A stretch of DNA of 63,737 bases, the filler included, from Octopus bimaculoides (taxonomy: Eukaryota): the NCBI RefSeq assembly GCF_001194135.2. It is 6 parts of 6 records of this genome, joined end to end, with 100 filler letters (N's around TTAATTAATTAA, not from the genome) between each part and the next. Parts side by side here need not be neighbours in the genome. Positions count along the whole stretch, not along the records: positions 9,573 to 15,795 come from NW_026352245.1; positions 15,896 to 37,874 come from NC_068988.1; 4 more parts are not named here. One strand, 5' to 3'. A model generated the notes under the pieces. That model was not told the origin of the DNA. It did not search any database and worked only from the letters and a program-made list of their open reading frames with translations. Position numbers and translations under genes: made by a program. Shown piece after piece: positions 10,999-23,867 of the stretch (position 1 is its first letter; the number at the start of each line of letters is the position of its first letter).

Positions 10999-11400
10999 TT
11001 ATATAGATTTAATAAAATGGGCAAATGATGAGTAGAACCTGTGTTTACAAGAAAGTATTACATCTGAGAATTTATTAAGTAACGAGGGGTTGTGGTGGCG
11101 AAGGATGGTTAGCGATTCTCTTAAACATAATTTACATATACTTCACGATGGACCAGGTTAGAGTATAGGAAACATTTTGAGATTTGAGGTTGTGTATATA
11201 AATTGCTAAGGAGGTAGATAATTTAGAATTTGGAATGGAGAAAAAGTTCATGTGTGCACGGTAGCAGTGTCTGAAATCAACAGTGCCACTGATATAGACC
11301 CTTGCTAGGTGGGAGCATGGTACTATAACATGGCACTTGTTGACTATGTTTTTACACAGACAGACACTTCCAAGAGGGCAGAGCTAAGAAGCCTGACAAT
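10999..11400 (-). mobile_element. Penelope-like element, degenerate C-terminal GIY-YIG endonuclease
   Basis: The minus strand gives CQAS*LCPLGSVCLCKNIVNKCHV...RVYISGTVDFRHCYRAHMNFF...LAIYIHNLK...YTLTWSIVKY, then after a frameshift CKLCLRESLTILRHHNPSLLNKFSDVILSCKHRF. This matches the PLE pattern CPLxGxCL..VY..YIG..F..RY..H...WxI...CxLCxxE...LLNK...CxH. Confidence 0.8.
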
Positions 11401-14049
11401 TTCAAGTTTTCCTACCTGCTCTGTAGTTGAGAGTTTACTGCTGGGGGAAGTAAAATTTCAGTGGTCCATTATAAGAGAAGAACTGGAAGTAGAATTGGTA
11501 TCAGTGCAGACAACTGGCAAGATTGATACAAAGGTCCTTGAAAACAAGAGATCAAGAAATTATGCTCACCCTTTGCTTTCAGCTACCTGGACTACTGCCC
11601 CCAGCTATGGTCACCACATAGTGCCAAATTAACAGCAGGTCCAGGTACTGCAATAACTTAGGGTTCAAAGGCCCACAACTCTTCAGTGTCCAGCCACAAA
11701 AATTAATGTGGATGTAAATGTCTTCAGAAAGTAACTAGACATTCTCCTCTCCACAATACCAGATGAACAAACAAATCAGCATGAGGTACATACATATTGG
11801 TAATTTTATACAGATGGGTGGATGTATATCTGTTTGTATGGTTGCCTGTGTATGGACACTTATGTGTGTCAGCTTGTAATATAAGTCCCCATCACTTCCA
11901 TTTCTCCTACCACAACTACCAACATCATCGCTATTTTCATCTCACTTCACTGCCACACTAACTTCTATCTTGAAGTACCAATGCTCCACTGCCACTATCA
12001 TCATAGTCATCAACTTCATCTGCAACCAACACCAGTTCTACCACAGTAATTATGTACATCACTATCATCACATCATTAAGAAGAATTGAAAAGTATGGAT
12101 GTGACGTGAAAATGTAAAAACTAGTATGTTATAAGTCAGAGAAATGACAATTTTGCATAACATTTTGAGTATACTCACTCAGATTAAACAGCATCATTCA
12201 ATAACTGTAAAGCTGAAATAACAAAGAAAATTCATTATATTTAACACACACACATTCACATATATAATGCTAGATATTCTGTAAATATTTCTCTAGATAT
12301 TTTATAAACATTCCACCAACATTCTTTGGTTTTGAAAGTGTAAAGCATTTCATATTTAAACTTTTTTTTTAATAAACAATGATTTCTAACACTGGAATAA
12401 TGTCAATTTTGTGTGAGAAGCACAGTTAATTTCATTAACCTAAACATTCTATTGGTATTTAATTCTAACTCAGAAAAGAAAGGAAGGTAACAAAATTCTG
12501 TAAAAAATTTTGCAGGGATTCTACTAATTCTACAATCTATCACCCTATTTTTCATAATATAGCAATCATTCATGTGTCAAATTAGCAAAGAATGTTACTT
12601 CAATTAGTTGTCCAGTTTTTCACATAAGGAAAGTCAATGGATGAATTGTGTAAGAATACTTATTTAATTTTGCTCTGTAATAATTGAAATCAAATCTACA
12701 CTAGCAGATGGTTAATTTGAGATACCAACACAATTACCATATATGTACATTTCTGAGTACATTAGGATTAGACTGAATTTCTTACTTATCAGACAGCATA
12801 TTCGCTTTAACAATCACTAAAGCTATAATAGATTAAGACTAAAGAATTATTTGTCTAGAATTAGGTGAATTTTGCTTTCTGAAAGAAGATTCTGATTTAA
12901 GTCTGGATCTTTCATAACTTTACAAACCTTCCTCTCACTACACTATGAAGACTGACGTCTGACAGTGTTATTGTAGAAAGAAACTTAACAATCATGTTTG
13001 TCATTGAGTGTAAGTCACACCATAACTAATGGATATCTGGTTGTAAAAAGCAGAGAAGGCTCCTATAACATATGTAAGTAGCTATGTTTCTAGCCAGAAT
13101 CTTGTTCTCAGACAAGAACCTACAGGTAAGTATCACAATAGAACACCACACAATGGAGACAAGCACACTCTGAACATGAAAAAACACACTTTTTGTTTCA
13201 CCATTTTCATATCAAAATAAATATCTTCCAAGGAAAATTATATATTATTTGAAAGTTCTGGATGTGAACTTTCTTCTCATATAGTTTTAATTAAAATCCA
13301 ACAGTTACATATATCAAGGTCCCTTAAACACCCTGGTATTTCTATGTATTTACAAAGTTTGTCTTGTTTTTTTAATTCACTGCTGAACAGTAGACTTGCT
13401 CAATGCACCCGAACACCATAACTCAAGTTGTGTTAAAAATCATACTCTCAGGAAGAGGAAGGTTTTCACTTTATTTTGATATAAAAATTAATGGGGGTAG
13501 GTTAGATAATCATTACAAAATATAAAAGTTAAAATTTCATTGTTAATTTTCACTTAGAAAATGATATATTTTCTTCAAGATCTTTATGTGAGAAAATAAA
13601 TTTCTCACAAATTAAATGTCATCATTGATAACTTTGGCTATCATATGATGAAAAAGCACAAAGTGAGTAAAGAGGGTGGTATATTGACACTACTTGCAAA
13701 ACTGATGAATTCACATGTGGCAAGAGGTCAAATGGAACAAAAATCCAAAGCTTAAATTGTAAAGTTTGAGCCAGAATTTCAAGAAATGGACAAACTAATT
13801 ACTAAGTAAACATGTATTTCTACAAAAAATGCAGTAAATTGAGTTTAATACGTCTTCTAGAGCCCAAACTTGGCATGAAATCATTGTATTCACAATGTTA
13901 TTTATTCTCTCTCACTGTTACAACATGTAGCTGCTAGGCAAACCAAATGAATATTTTTGTACATGTAAATTTCATTTTTCTTCAAGACATATTGGTCAAA
14001 TTCGGCCAATAAAAATTATATTGTGCAATTAATATAATTTTGTAGACTA

Positions 14050-14410
14050 TTAACCTTTTCGTTACTATATTTCTAACCAAAATACACCCCTTATGAGCTT
14101 CAATTAAATTCTAAAATAATCATGAATTTAGACTGTTTCATTAAACAACTGTAATTTTTTTACTTCAAATATTAATGTGATTTTTGGAACACAATTGAAG
14201 AATGGGTTCTTAATCAATTCTATTGCATAACTTTTGTTTCAAAGCGACTCTAATTACAGGTAAATTCAGCAAAATATAAAAATATTTATATTTTGTTTAA
14301 ACATTAATATTCATTTGGGTATGCAATAAAATTTTAATATAGAAGAATTGTGCACATCACTGGATCATCAATTTAATTTAATGCACATAAAAACAGGTAA
14401 AGGTAAAATA
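14050..14410. mobile_element. Possible piggyBac-like non-autonomous element
   Basis: Begins ttaa|ccttttcgttac (TTAA plus a CCYTT-like terminus). The opposite end is not clearly resolved. Confidence 0.3.
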
Positions 14411-14569
14411 CATCAACTAAATGAAATAAACTCACACACATATATGAATACACAAGAACATATATAATAAAGATTTACAATAGAAATTAAATCAAAACTT
14501 GACACTCACCTTACAGGCAAATTAAAATTACAGGTAAATAAAAAGTAAAAACAAAGCAATCATTTCCTT

Positions 14570-15356
14570 CACCATCTCAACACTCAACATCTCCCCACTA
14601 TGCGAACCCTATGAAACGAAAAAACATATACAGAACTTCATGCACCGCATGCAGTTCTCTGGATATGATCAGAAAGATAGGGTTCGAGTATACAGGGGAG
14701 CTAGAAAGAGGTTAGATAATATCATACGTAAGGATACCAGTGGTACCTGCCCTAGATATAGAAACAAAGAATGGAATAGGATACAAAGAATTTGTGACAA
14801 AGCCAACAAGGTGAACACGTGGTATAAAACCGACAGATATCAAGGAGTGATGTTTGTAGAGGCCACAGCCCATGGAGAACCAGAACGTAGGTTTAGAAAA
14901 GCACTGAATGAGTCCAAACTCAACATTAAGATTTTTGAAAAGCCAGGGAACTCCATCAGATCACAACTATGTAGGACAAACCCCTTTGAGAATACCATAT
15001 GTACCACTGATAACTGCATGGTATGTAGGATTAGCCCTGGCATTAACTGCAGAAATAGAAACGTAGTTTACAGTATAAATTGCATGGAAGGTGCTTGTAA
15101 AGACCTGAATATGACATACATAGGGGAAACATCTAGGAGCATTGCAGAACGACTAAACGAACATATGAGACAATATGACGACAAAAAACAGTCCTCCATA
15201 CTCTACCAACATCCCAAAGACCAGCATGGAGGCAACTTGGGTCAACTTGACATCCGCATCTTATCCAAGCACCCAAAAGACCCAACTCTAAGACAAATAA
15301 GGGAGTACGTCCTTATAAATGAAACTTCCCCAATACTAAATAGGAAATATACATAG
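14570..15356 (+). mobile_element. 5'-truncated Penelope-like element: RT thumb end, Cys-rich linker, GIY-YIG endonuclease
   Basis: The 238-aa ORF contains RMQFSGY, TNPFENTICTTDNCMVC, NCRNRNVVYSINC...YIGETSRSIAERLNEH, LYQH...H and DPTLRQIREYVLINETSPILNRK, typical of PLE C-termini. Confidence 0.92.
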
Positions 15357-15895
15357 ATATCACCGCTATACCCACATTTTACACAGGTAAAGTAGAACAG
15401 TTGATGGGCTTTTATGCTGATAGATGTATGTATATCTGTGTGTGTGCGTGTGTGTGTGCATGCACATGTATGTAATGTAAACCAACAGGTCTACATACAG
15501 ACGGGTAGGTACACAGGGTATATGAACAGACAACCACATACGCAAATAGGGACTAAAACACATGACCATATATACACACACAATTTACTTCACACAAAGA
15601 CACATGTCCACACATATGGAGATGTGCACCCATACATACAAACATGGTACATAGCAGCAAAACACACACACACACGTACACACAAAACTCAGACATGCAC
15701 ACACAAGGGGACAGAGGTACATAGATACATATACACACATACATAAAAAACAAACAAAAGCAAAAACAGAACGCAGCGTAAATAACGGACAGAGTNNNNN
15801 NNNNNNNNNNNNNNNNNNNNNNNNNNNNNNNNNNNNNNNTTAATTAATTAANNNNNNNNNNNNNNNNNNNNNNNNNNNNNNNNNNNNNNNNNNNN

Positions 15896-15926
<31 letters not shown>

Positions 15927-16074
15927 ACAGATCAAACCACAGCACCTCTTAAATACAATAACTAGGTTCATATACACATAAATAGACACGCCTTTTATAT
16001 ACGCCAACATTAAATTCCTAAATTCCACACATGCTGAAGGAGACAAAAGTTGCAGTTCCAGTTGGTCGCACAAT

Positions 16075-16325
16075 CGGCTAAATATGCCGTCATATCTATT
16101 GTTATTTACATATATTTACATATTATTTACGTTTACTCCCGATATGACTTACACGACAGACAATTATCTCCAGTAATGTGGCCTGCCTTTTCAATTTTTC
16201 TGTTGGTAGACACTTGGTTTTTTTAGCTCTCTTCCAGTATCCCACCTACCGGGCCATATATATCCACGAGTAATGAGCTTCTTCTCTCAGGTCTTCTAAG
16301 TTTTGAATAGTCATCGATGTATCTG
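16075..16325 (-). mobile_element. Possible PLE-type terminal repeat fragment with degenerate hammerhead-like motif
   Basis: The minus strand reads agacCTGAGAGAagaagctc...gagagctAAAAAAccaagtgtct, then a (gtaaata)-type tail like the one at 61590-61640. Confidence 0.35.
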
Positions 16326-16414
16326 TAACCTTACCTTTTTAAAGGTTTTGATATTTAGCACACATATTTTGCACATTTTGACCGCTCAGAACTGGTGGTC
16401 CACGTTAGTCTCAC

Positions 16415-16475
16415 CTTTATCAACATAAGAATCTCCACATGGACTTGTGCTCTGCTTGCATAGCGCTCAATGTTA
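16415..16475 (-). CDS. Candidate isolated coding exon (xNIERYASRAQVHVEILMLIK)
   Basis: Acceptor ttttgtgtgcctcag| and donor AAG|gtgaga, with one open frame. No partner exon or homology recognised. Confidence 0.2.
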
Positions 16476-16560
16476 CTGAGGCACACAAAACATCACATCA
16501 CCTCAAGGGCTGGACCTAATGACAGATGTCAGAATGTAGTCAAAAATAAAATTCGTAAAT

Positions 16561-16648
16561 ATAGGCGCAGGAGTGGCTATGTGGTTAGAAGCTTGCTTCC
16601 CAACTACGTGGTTTCGGGTTCTGTTTGGTGAGTGCTTTCTACTATAGC
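16561..16648 (+). mobile_element. SINE family A head, internally deleted
   Basis: aggcgcaggagtggctatgtggttagaagcttgcttcccaactacgtggtttcgggttc...ttctactatagc. Confidence 0.75.
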
Positions 16649-17309
16649 AAAGAGAACAAGGTTTACATTGCTTTACGCTTTTAATTTATCTCAAAATAAG
16701 TACATGCTTCCGGATCCTTTGGTTTCATTCTCCTTACTGAAATTGATACTATCGAGTAACTGAACGTCGCTAACCATAAGTCTTCTTTATTGGGGATATC
16801 GAGTGCAAGACAGCAACGACATGATTATCACCACGACCATCACAAATGAAATCAACAAAAATCATGAACGACAAACAAGAACACAAATAACAAGCACAAC
16901 AACAACAACAACAACAGTTCAGTTTGATAGTTCCAATCCGATTCTCTGATTCATGTGACAATCTTATACAAAGTTATAACAACTTTATCAGAAAGGGGGA
17001 AAAATAATATACATCTCTCTCTCTATATATATACATATAAAAAATAATAATCAACAACTGTGTTTGTAGAAAGTGCACTACATCAAATAAATGAATTCAT
17101 ATATAAATATTAAGATAAACAAATTTGAATTTGTTTGATTCAGAAATATTTCATAAGTTAATCTTTATTAATGAATAACTTTCGTTTCCTGTCTTGAAGG
17201 GAAAGAAATCATTCGAGACAAATTAATTCAAAAGATGCGCTTTCTTTTATTTTTGGTCTGTTGATATTTCCTATACTTAGTGATTAAGAAAAACTGAGAT
17301 TGTCTAAAA

Positions 17310-17358
<49 letters not shown>

Positions 17359-17444
17359 GTTGTTGTTGTTGTTGTTGTTATTATTATTATTATGAACTTC
17401 ATCTTCGACGTCGTCGTCGTCGTCGTCATCATCCTCCCCCTCAT

Positions 17445-17620
17445 CATCAGTCAAGCGTCGAGTCGGCTGAATCGCTGGAGCGTTGGCAAAATCAATTTAC
17501 AGTATTTGTTCCGTCTCTTTACATTCTGCGTTCAATATCGTCAAGGTCAAATTTGCATTTAATCATTTCGGGGGCTTTGGCACAAAACATCAATCATATT
17601 CTGAGTGCGAGGATATCGAC
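17445..17620 (+). mobile_element. Old SINE family B copy
   Basis: ggctgaatcgctggagcg...gcgttcaatatcgtcaaggtcaaatttgcatttaatcatttcggggg aligns loosely to B. Confidence 0.5.
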
Positions 17621-18797
17621 TAATACCGTTTCCTCCGCCACTTAAAATTGTTGGCTTCGTTTCTAACTTAGAAACACTTATATTTATATGCTACAGAGGA
17701 TTTTCCGAGATTGTGGAGGTAACTTCGGACTACAGAATCTGAATGACAATAAAGGATGTACCGTTAGTCTAGTGGCCTTCTATGTACGCATTGGAATAAA
17801 ACATGTAGATGTTTTTAGATATCTAGAAACCTTCCTAGAACATCCTGGATAGTGTACAAGTGGAGGAATGAAATTGTATTATAGACACATTTTGGAATTT
17901 TTTAGAGTTAAATACGGAAAAAGGGAAAGCAAAAGCCTCAAGAATTTGCTTAGACCTTTCCAAATATCTGATAGGTATCGAGTGTACCAGTGTCGATTTG
18001 GAGCAACCAGAATGGGTCACCAAGAATGTACCCAAATACAGTATTTGTTAGTTTAACAGATAGAGGTAACGTAAAGTTTCCACGTGTTAAAATTGTTGCA
18101 TGCACAAACCACAAGTTTGTGATCTGCGCAGTTGACTTACATAAAACTCTCTGACGGAAACCTGACTATGGAGAGGTGAACGCGTCTTTTCCGAAGAGCA
18201 AAGATTGTTGAATCCGGATTAAGGAGCTTGTCAATTGGTATTTGGCTTCAACAACCGTCAATAAAAGTGGTGGAGCTCAAAGGAAAGGGAAAATACATGT
18301 GGGTTGTGTTAACACTGTTGAAGAAAACACCAATTCACGCTCTTAACCCTGCTGAATGATGAGTTCAAGACTTAGTTCAGGTCTTAGCTGGCCTTTGCAA
18401 CTGGTGGTTTCATCGGGGAAGTACAAACGTGTGCGAATTCGAATAGATGAATCTACGATAATCTCCAATTCATGCGTAAATCATATAGGGAATGGGTAAC
18501 AACCCTCGTTTCTGATTAATTTTGATCAGCCTAAAACTATGAGTGGGCTTGGTCAGCGCTACTGGACAGCAGTCCTAAATGCAGTCGGTTTCGGACCGTT
18601 TTAAAGCGCAGAAATGACTGGTACCTGTTAGTGAAATTCAACTGCAAGCTCCCGGAATCTTTTCATAGTCGGTCGATCAGGCGTGTCCTCTTTCATCACT
18701 TCCACCGTATTGGCTCTCAATTCATTTGCTGTGGAATAGAAAACTCTTGAGTGACATATCTTTCTAGTTCGGGATTCTGCTGCTGCTGCTGCTGTGG

Positions 18798-18855
<58 letters not shown>

Positions 18856-18857
18856 AA

Positions 18858-18972
18858 AAGATGAAAGAAAAAGCCGACCGCGGCGGAATTTGAACTCAGA
18901 ACGTAACGGCAGACGAAATACCGCGAAGCATTTCGCCCGGCGTGCTAACGTTTCTGCCATCTCACCGCCTTA
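18858..18972 (-). mobile_element. SINE family B head, CpG intact
   Basis: ggcggaatttgaactcagaacgtaacggcagacgaaataccgcgaagcatttcgcccggcgtgctaacgtttctgcc. Confidence 0.88.
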
Positions 18973-19822
18973 ATTATTAATAATAACATTGGTATTCTGC
19001 AAAGTTCATTAATATCAGTAATATTTCCATTACTTGTCATTTTGTTATTGGTGTTATTATTAATGTTTCTGTTGTTTTATTATTAATGTTTTGTTGTTGC
19101 TGTTGTTTGGTCTCTGAATTATGATTTCTTCCATTAATATTCACTTTTAATCGAGTGGGTATATCATATTTCAATTAAAATGTAAAACTTGCTGGAGACG
19201 TTTCATTTGCTTTGAGAATTTGATCCAAAGTCTTATACTCTACAAATACAGAAACTTAACGAATTATGCTTGACGTTAAACACGCTATTAGCAAACATTA
19301 CAATTTAGATGACGCCATATAGCGACCATATATCACTCATCGTATTAATTAAAGTCAAATGTGTTATTATTTTATTAATTTATCTTCTGATTCTGATATG
19401 TCGGTTGAACATCAAACGAATTCAATGGTAATGTTTCAAGTACACATTACAGAATGATTTCACTGACAATGGAGTTGGTTATTATTTACACCGTGGACTG
19501 AATTCTTTCTAATTTAGTTTGTTGTCTCATCTACGATTTTAAAGTGAAGCTGCGTTTCGTTTAACATTCTCTACGATGTAGTTTAGGTTGCTAGACAGAT
19601 TTATAAGAAATTACCATCAATATTTTCAATGTGGAAGACATAGATGTGAAATCATTTCGTTCAGATACAAAACTCATCAGCTTTTCTAGCTATTTAGTAA
19701 ACACTTTTCTAGAATTAAGTACAATTGCAAGGTTCAACACGGTTCGGACCTGCTCTTGCCCTCGCCTTCTTCACTATACAGAGACACATAGACACGCAGA
19801 CATACAGACACATACACAAACA

Positions 19823-19855
<33 letters not shown>

Positions 19856-21324
19856 NNNNNNNNNNNNNNNNNNNNNNNNNNNNNNNNNNNNNNNNNNNNN
19901 NNNNNNNNNNNNNNNNNNNNNNNNNNNNNNNNNNNNNNNNNNNNNNNNNNNNNNNNNNNNNNNNNNNNNNNNNNNNNNNNNNNNNNNNNNNNNNNNNNNN
20001 NNNNNNNNNNNNNNNNNNNNGGAACTTTGGCTACAATCGTAAGCCTTAAGTTGTTTCCTGTTGCCTTTGTCGGACAGTGGTGATATGAACTTAGAATATA
20101 GAGAGCTCGAAGATATTCCATGAAGCATTTCTGAAGAGGGACCATCTATGGTGAAACACTCACACCCACTAGAGCAACATGAAATGAATTGGTTTAACAC
20201 AACGCACCGCCTGGTTTGTGAATTAAACCTTCGATTTAGCGATCATCGGTGCAACACGAGCCACTAGGTTACACGCCTCTACGGGCAGGATTTCAAGTCA
20301 GAACGTAACGAAGCGGAACACATACTTCAAGGCATGTTGTCCGACACGTTGACCATTTTGCTAATCCCACACAAGGCACATGTCCTAGTGGTTGGGGTGC
20401 TGTACGCACGATTGCTTGATCTTGGATTCCATTCCCGGATGTAAACAACTGGAATTAAATATCCCAAATCATTACATTTATATTGCTACTTCTCCGCCTC
20501 TTGAAAATAATGATACTAGCTGCCGTCAATATTTTGCTCAGTTTCCTTAATTCATGCCGTGCGCAAGACATCAGATAGCATCCAGTGTTGTTGTAGCGTT
20601 TAAAGAAGTATGATGTCATCTCTAAATCATCAATCCTTAGTCTGTGGAGCCATATATCTGTCATATGTCAAATAATAGAAGATGGACCTGTGGTTAAGGT
20701 ACAGAGAATTCGAAGAACAACTGGCCACGAGACATATGACAACACGGCTGAAAATTGTGAGGACATGCCCCGTCACATGTGAAACAGTTCCCTGCGAATG
20801 GGTTACATACAGCTCGTGCCACAAGAGCAAGCATAGGAGAAAAATATAATAAAATGTAAATAAAATATCGAAGGACCGAAAATGTATTAAATGAAAAAGA
20901 AAAAAAAAATTAAATAAAACCAATAACGAATCTTAGTTCGTATTAAGCGTAACTCCTTCTTCAATGCAGTTGTCACAGTTTTAACTTTCCAGTACGTTCG
21001 TGCAAATCTGAAATCCCTAGTTTGGAGCATATATATTGAATTTCATATATTAACTACACTTCTAACATGCATAACCTATGTTTATTAATACCTAGACTAG
21101 TCACATGAATTCCCTGTATTTCGAATGAGTTGGTTTCTATATACTCTGAGAGAATTCAGCTCCATAAAGTAAATCTGTTTAATCAGACTCGTTGTACACA
21201 AGCCATTCTAGAGGTGGTTCAATTTGAGGTCCAGAGACATGTTACAAAATAATATCGTAATTATGATAATGATTATGATGACAATGGTGATAATAATAAT
21301 AATAATAATGATAATAATAATAAT

Positions 21325-21512
21325 TCTTTGTAATATTGGCACATGCGGGAGAGTGTTAGTCGATTACATCCACGTCTGTGTTCAAATGGTATTTATTTCA
21401 AAAATCCCGATGAAAAGTTGACTTCAGCAGAATTTGACCTCAGAGCGTAGATACAAAAATGCCGCTAAATATTTTGTCCGGAACGCTGACGACTCTGCCA
21501 GATGGCAGCCTC
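21325..21512 (-). mobile_element. Old SINE family B copy between (AAT)n tracts
   Basis: gttgacttcagcagaatttgacctcagagcgtag...gccgctaaatattttgtccgg...ctctgccag. Confidence 0.6.
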
Positions 21513-21520
21513 AGTCGTGG

Positions 21521-21554
<34 letters not shown>

Positions 21555-21711
21555 AATAATAATAATAATAATGATAATAATAATAATAATCATACAAAAT
21601 AATTTATTATTATTAGATAGCTGAAAAGTAAGAATAGCATGGAGACTGCGAGTAGTAAACGTGCTACGCATGCACGACTCCAGTAGCTCTAACAAAACCT
21701 GTGATAAGAGA

Positions 21712-21930
21712 AAATAATACAGGTATCTCGAATGTGGGCCCTAAAAGCAGAAACAATTTCTATAATAGTAGTTGCATTAGGTATGATTAAAAAACATTTA
21801 GACAAATACATTATCAAAACACCAGGACTTACAAGCGTACATATCATACAGAAAATAGCACTACTAGGCACACAGAGCTGCGTTCGGTAGTGCGGTGAAA
21901 GCACGTGATAAAAAATAAAACTACTGAATA
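21712..21930 (+). mobile_element. R4/Dong-like LINE 3' end, internally deleted
   Basis: Homologous to 22355-22614 (atgtgg..ctaaaa(g/a)cagaaacaatt...aaaacaccaggacttac...gcacagagctgcg...aaaactactgaataataat). Confidence 0.8.
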
Positions 21931-21944
21931 ATAATGATGATGAT

Positions 21945-22610
21945 CACATAACAAGTAACTGTAGAATATGTGGAGATGGACAAGAAACAATAAATCATAT
22001 TATCTCTGGTTGCCCAGTCCTGGCTAAGAAGGAATATATTCTCAGACACGACAGAGCTGGGACCTATATACACTGGAAGCTATGCCAACACTATGGAATA
22101 ACAACAAAAAAAAGATGGTATAAACACACGCCAGAAAAGGTCATAGAAAACGAGAAAGCAACCATACTCTGGGATATGCCATACACACAGATAGAGAAAT
22201 TAAGGCCAATAGACCAGATATAGTTGTCAAAGATCATGAAGAAAAAAATGCTTTCTAATTGTTGTATCAATTCCAGCAGATGACAACGTTTCCCTAAAAG
22301 AAATGGAAAAACTTTCAAAATACAAAGACCTGGAAATAGAGGTAACTAGAATGTGGAATCTAAAAACAGAAACAATTCCTATCATAGTAGGTGCCTTAGG
22401 TATAATAAAAAAATATTCAGACAAATACATAACAAAAACACCAGGACTTACAAATATATATAACATACAGAAAATTGCATTACTGGGCACTGCACACATC
22501 CTACGCAAAACACTTTCAATACAGTAACCATAAGAACACCACAATAAACCACAGCGCATACCCAAGGCGCACAGAGCTGCGCTCGGTAGTGAAGTGAAAA
22601 AATAAAACTA

Positions 22611-22614
<4 letters not shown>
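21945..22614 (+). mobile_element. R4/Dong-like non-LTR retrotransposon 3' fragment (CCHC knuckle plus restriction-like endonuclease)
   Basis: Translates to CRICGDGQETINHIISGCPVLAKKEYILRHD...IHWKLC...ILWD...ANRPDIVV...KEMEKLSKYKDL...IPIIVGALG...ALLGTAHILRKTL*, with small frameshifts. It ends directly in (AAT)n. Confidence 0.9.
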
Positions 22615-22677
<63 letters not shown>

Positions 22678-22725
22678 GTAATAATAATAATAACAACAAC
22701 AACAACGACAATGATGATGATGATA
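22612..22725. repeat. (AAT)n/(AAC)n/(GAT)n compound microsatellite
   Basis: Direct reading. Confidence 0.95.
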
Positions 22726-23339
22726 CGCAGTAAGAAAAGTACGATATGATATGTAATAAATACAGATTGACATTCTGTATTAAATAGAATAATATTTCCT
22801 GAGTATGCGTTTCTTCTTCGGATACGAAAGGAAACACCAATTCAGAAATTGTAAGCTTGAACTGGAATATCCTGTGTTCTATTTAGACAAAACAACGTCA
22901 TCTGGTAACGCTTATTCAAAACAGGTATCAAGAAAATGAGAAAAGGCAAAAAGAAAATAAATAAGAGTCGTTTCTTTAAATGTGATGAAAATCTCCTTCC
23001 TCCGGGGCATGATACAAGTAACTCACAAATATGATTATCTTGTGTAGTTTGAAGACAGAAAGTGTAGTAGAACCAGAATATTTTCTGAAAGTGCAGAACG
23101 CTGAAACGAGAAAACGAATATTAATTTGATAATTATAGACGCTCAGGAGGAAAGCACTAAAAGGTACTTGATGAAATGGAAAACACATAAAATTCAGTGA
23201 GAGAGGAAACGAAGAATCTGTGGAAAAAGAAACGAAAGTATTAATAACCTTTAAAATGATTACAGTAAGCTAGCAAAAAGAAAGAAGTACATACTAAGCG
23301 CAGAAATGAATTACCGGTAAAAGCGTGCATTGGAATATT

Positions 23340-23800
23340 CGTCAAGTGTGTGGATTCGCTTGAGCAAAAAAGTGGCATAAACACTTGTCATAAGCTGTGA
23401 TGGTGATTCATAGTTATAGGATTTCTCCACAAAAGGCCATGTGGGAGAAACAAGGAGACCTTACATGACTGCAGAGGAGAATGAAATAAGCTTTCTAACA
23501 GTGTAAGATATATCAGAGTGTGTCAAACTATGATAGAAGAGTGGATATCAATGAAAACATATCAAGACCTAGTACGTATGATGAAAGTCTTGTCGAACAC
23601 AAATGCGACAACTTTCGTGTCGTGATTGGCGCACTTGCCATAACACCGAAAGAGGTTGCAATATACTTAAATTGAGATACGTATTGTCGAAACTGTTGAG
23701 TTATGCAGGATTCCTATGAAAGTGTTTTTCTTTTGTTATTCGAGGAGACTTGTCGTCACAGAACACGAAGATAACATCGCTACTAATTAAATTAGCATGT
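23340..23800 (+). mobile_element. Highly degenerate RLE-type LINE 3' end followed by (GTA)n
   Basis: Residual W..H, DF, 'TYQDL' (acatatcaagaccta) and 'VIGAL' (gtgattggcgcactt) motifs in the same order as at 21945-22614. Confidence 0.4.
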
Positions 23801-23812
23801 AATAGCTTTTAT

Positions 23813-23867
<55 letters not shown>

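Noticed and set aside
11309-11632. 107-aa plus-strand ORF
   Set aside because: It partly overlaps the antisense strand of the degenerate Penelope element and has no recognisable domain.
16561-16625. tRNA-like A/B boxes (also 5957, 20372, 43304)
   Set aside because: They continue into SINE bodies and I could not fold a cloverleaf. They are tRNA-derived SINE heads, not tRNA genes.
17690-18780. Higher-complexity region with short ORFs (e.g. STANELRANTVEVMKEDTPDRPTMKRFRELAVEFH)
   Set aside because: No consistent splice sites or motif. It may be a decayed retroelement, but I could not support a call.
20455-20800. Open frames on both strands of about 60-70 codons
   Set aside because: No recognisable domain and no compatible acceptor/donor pair.
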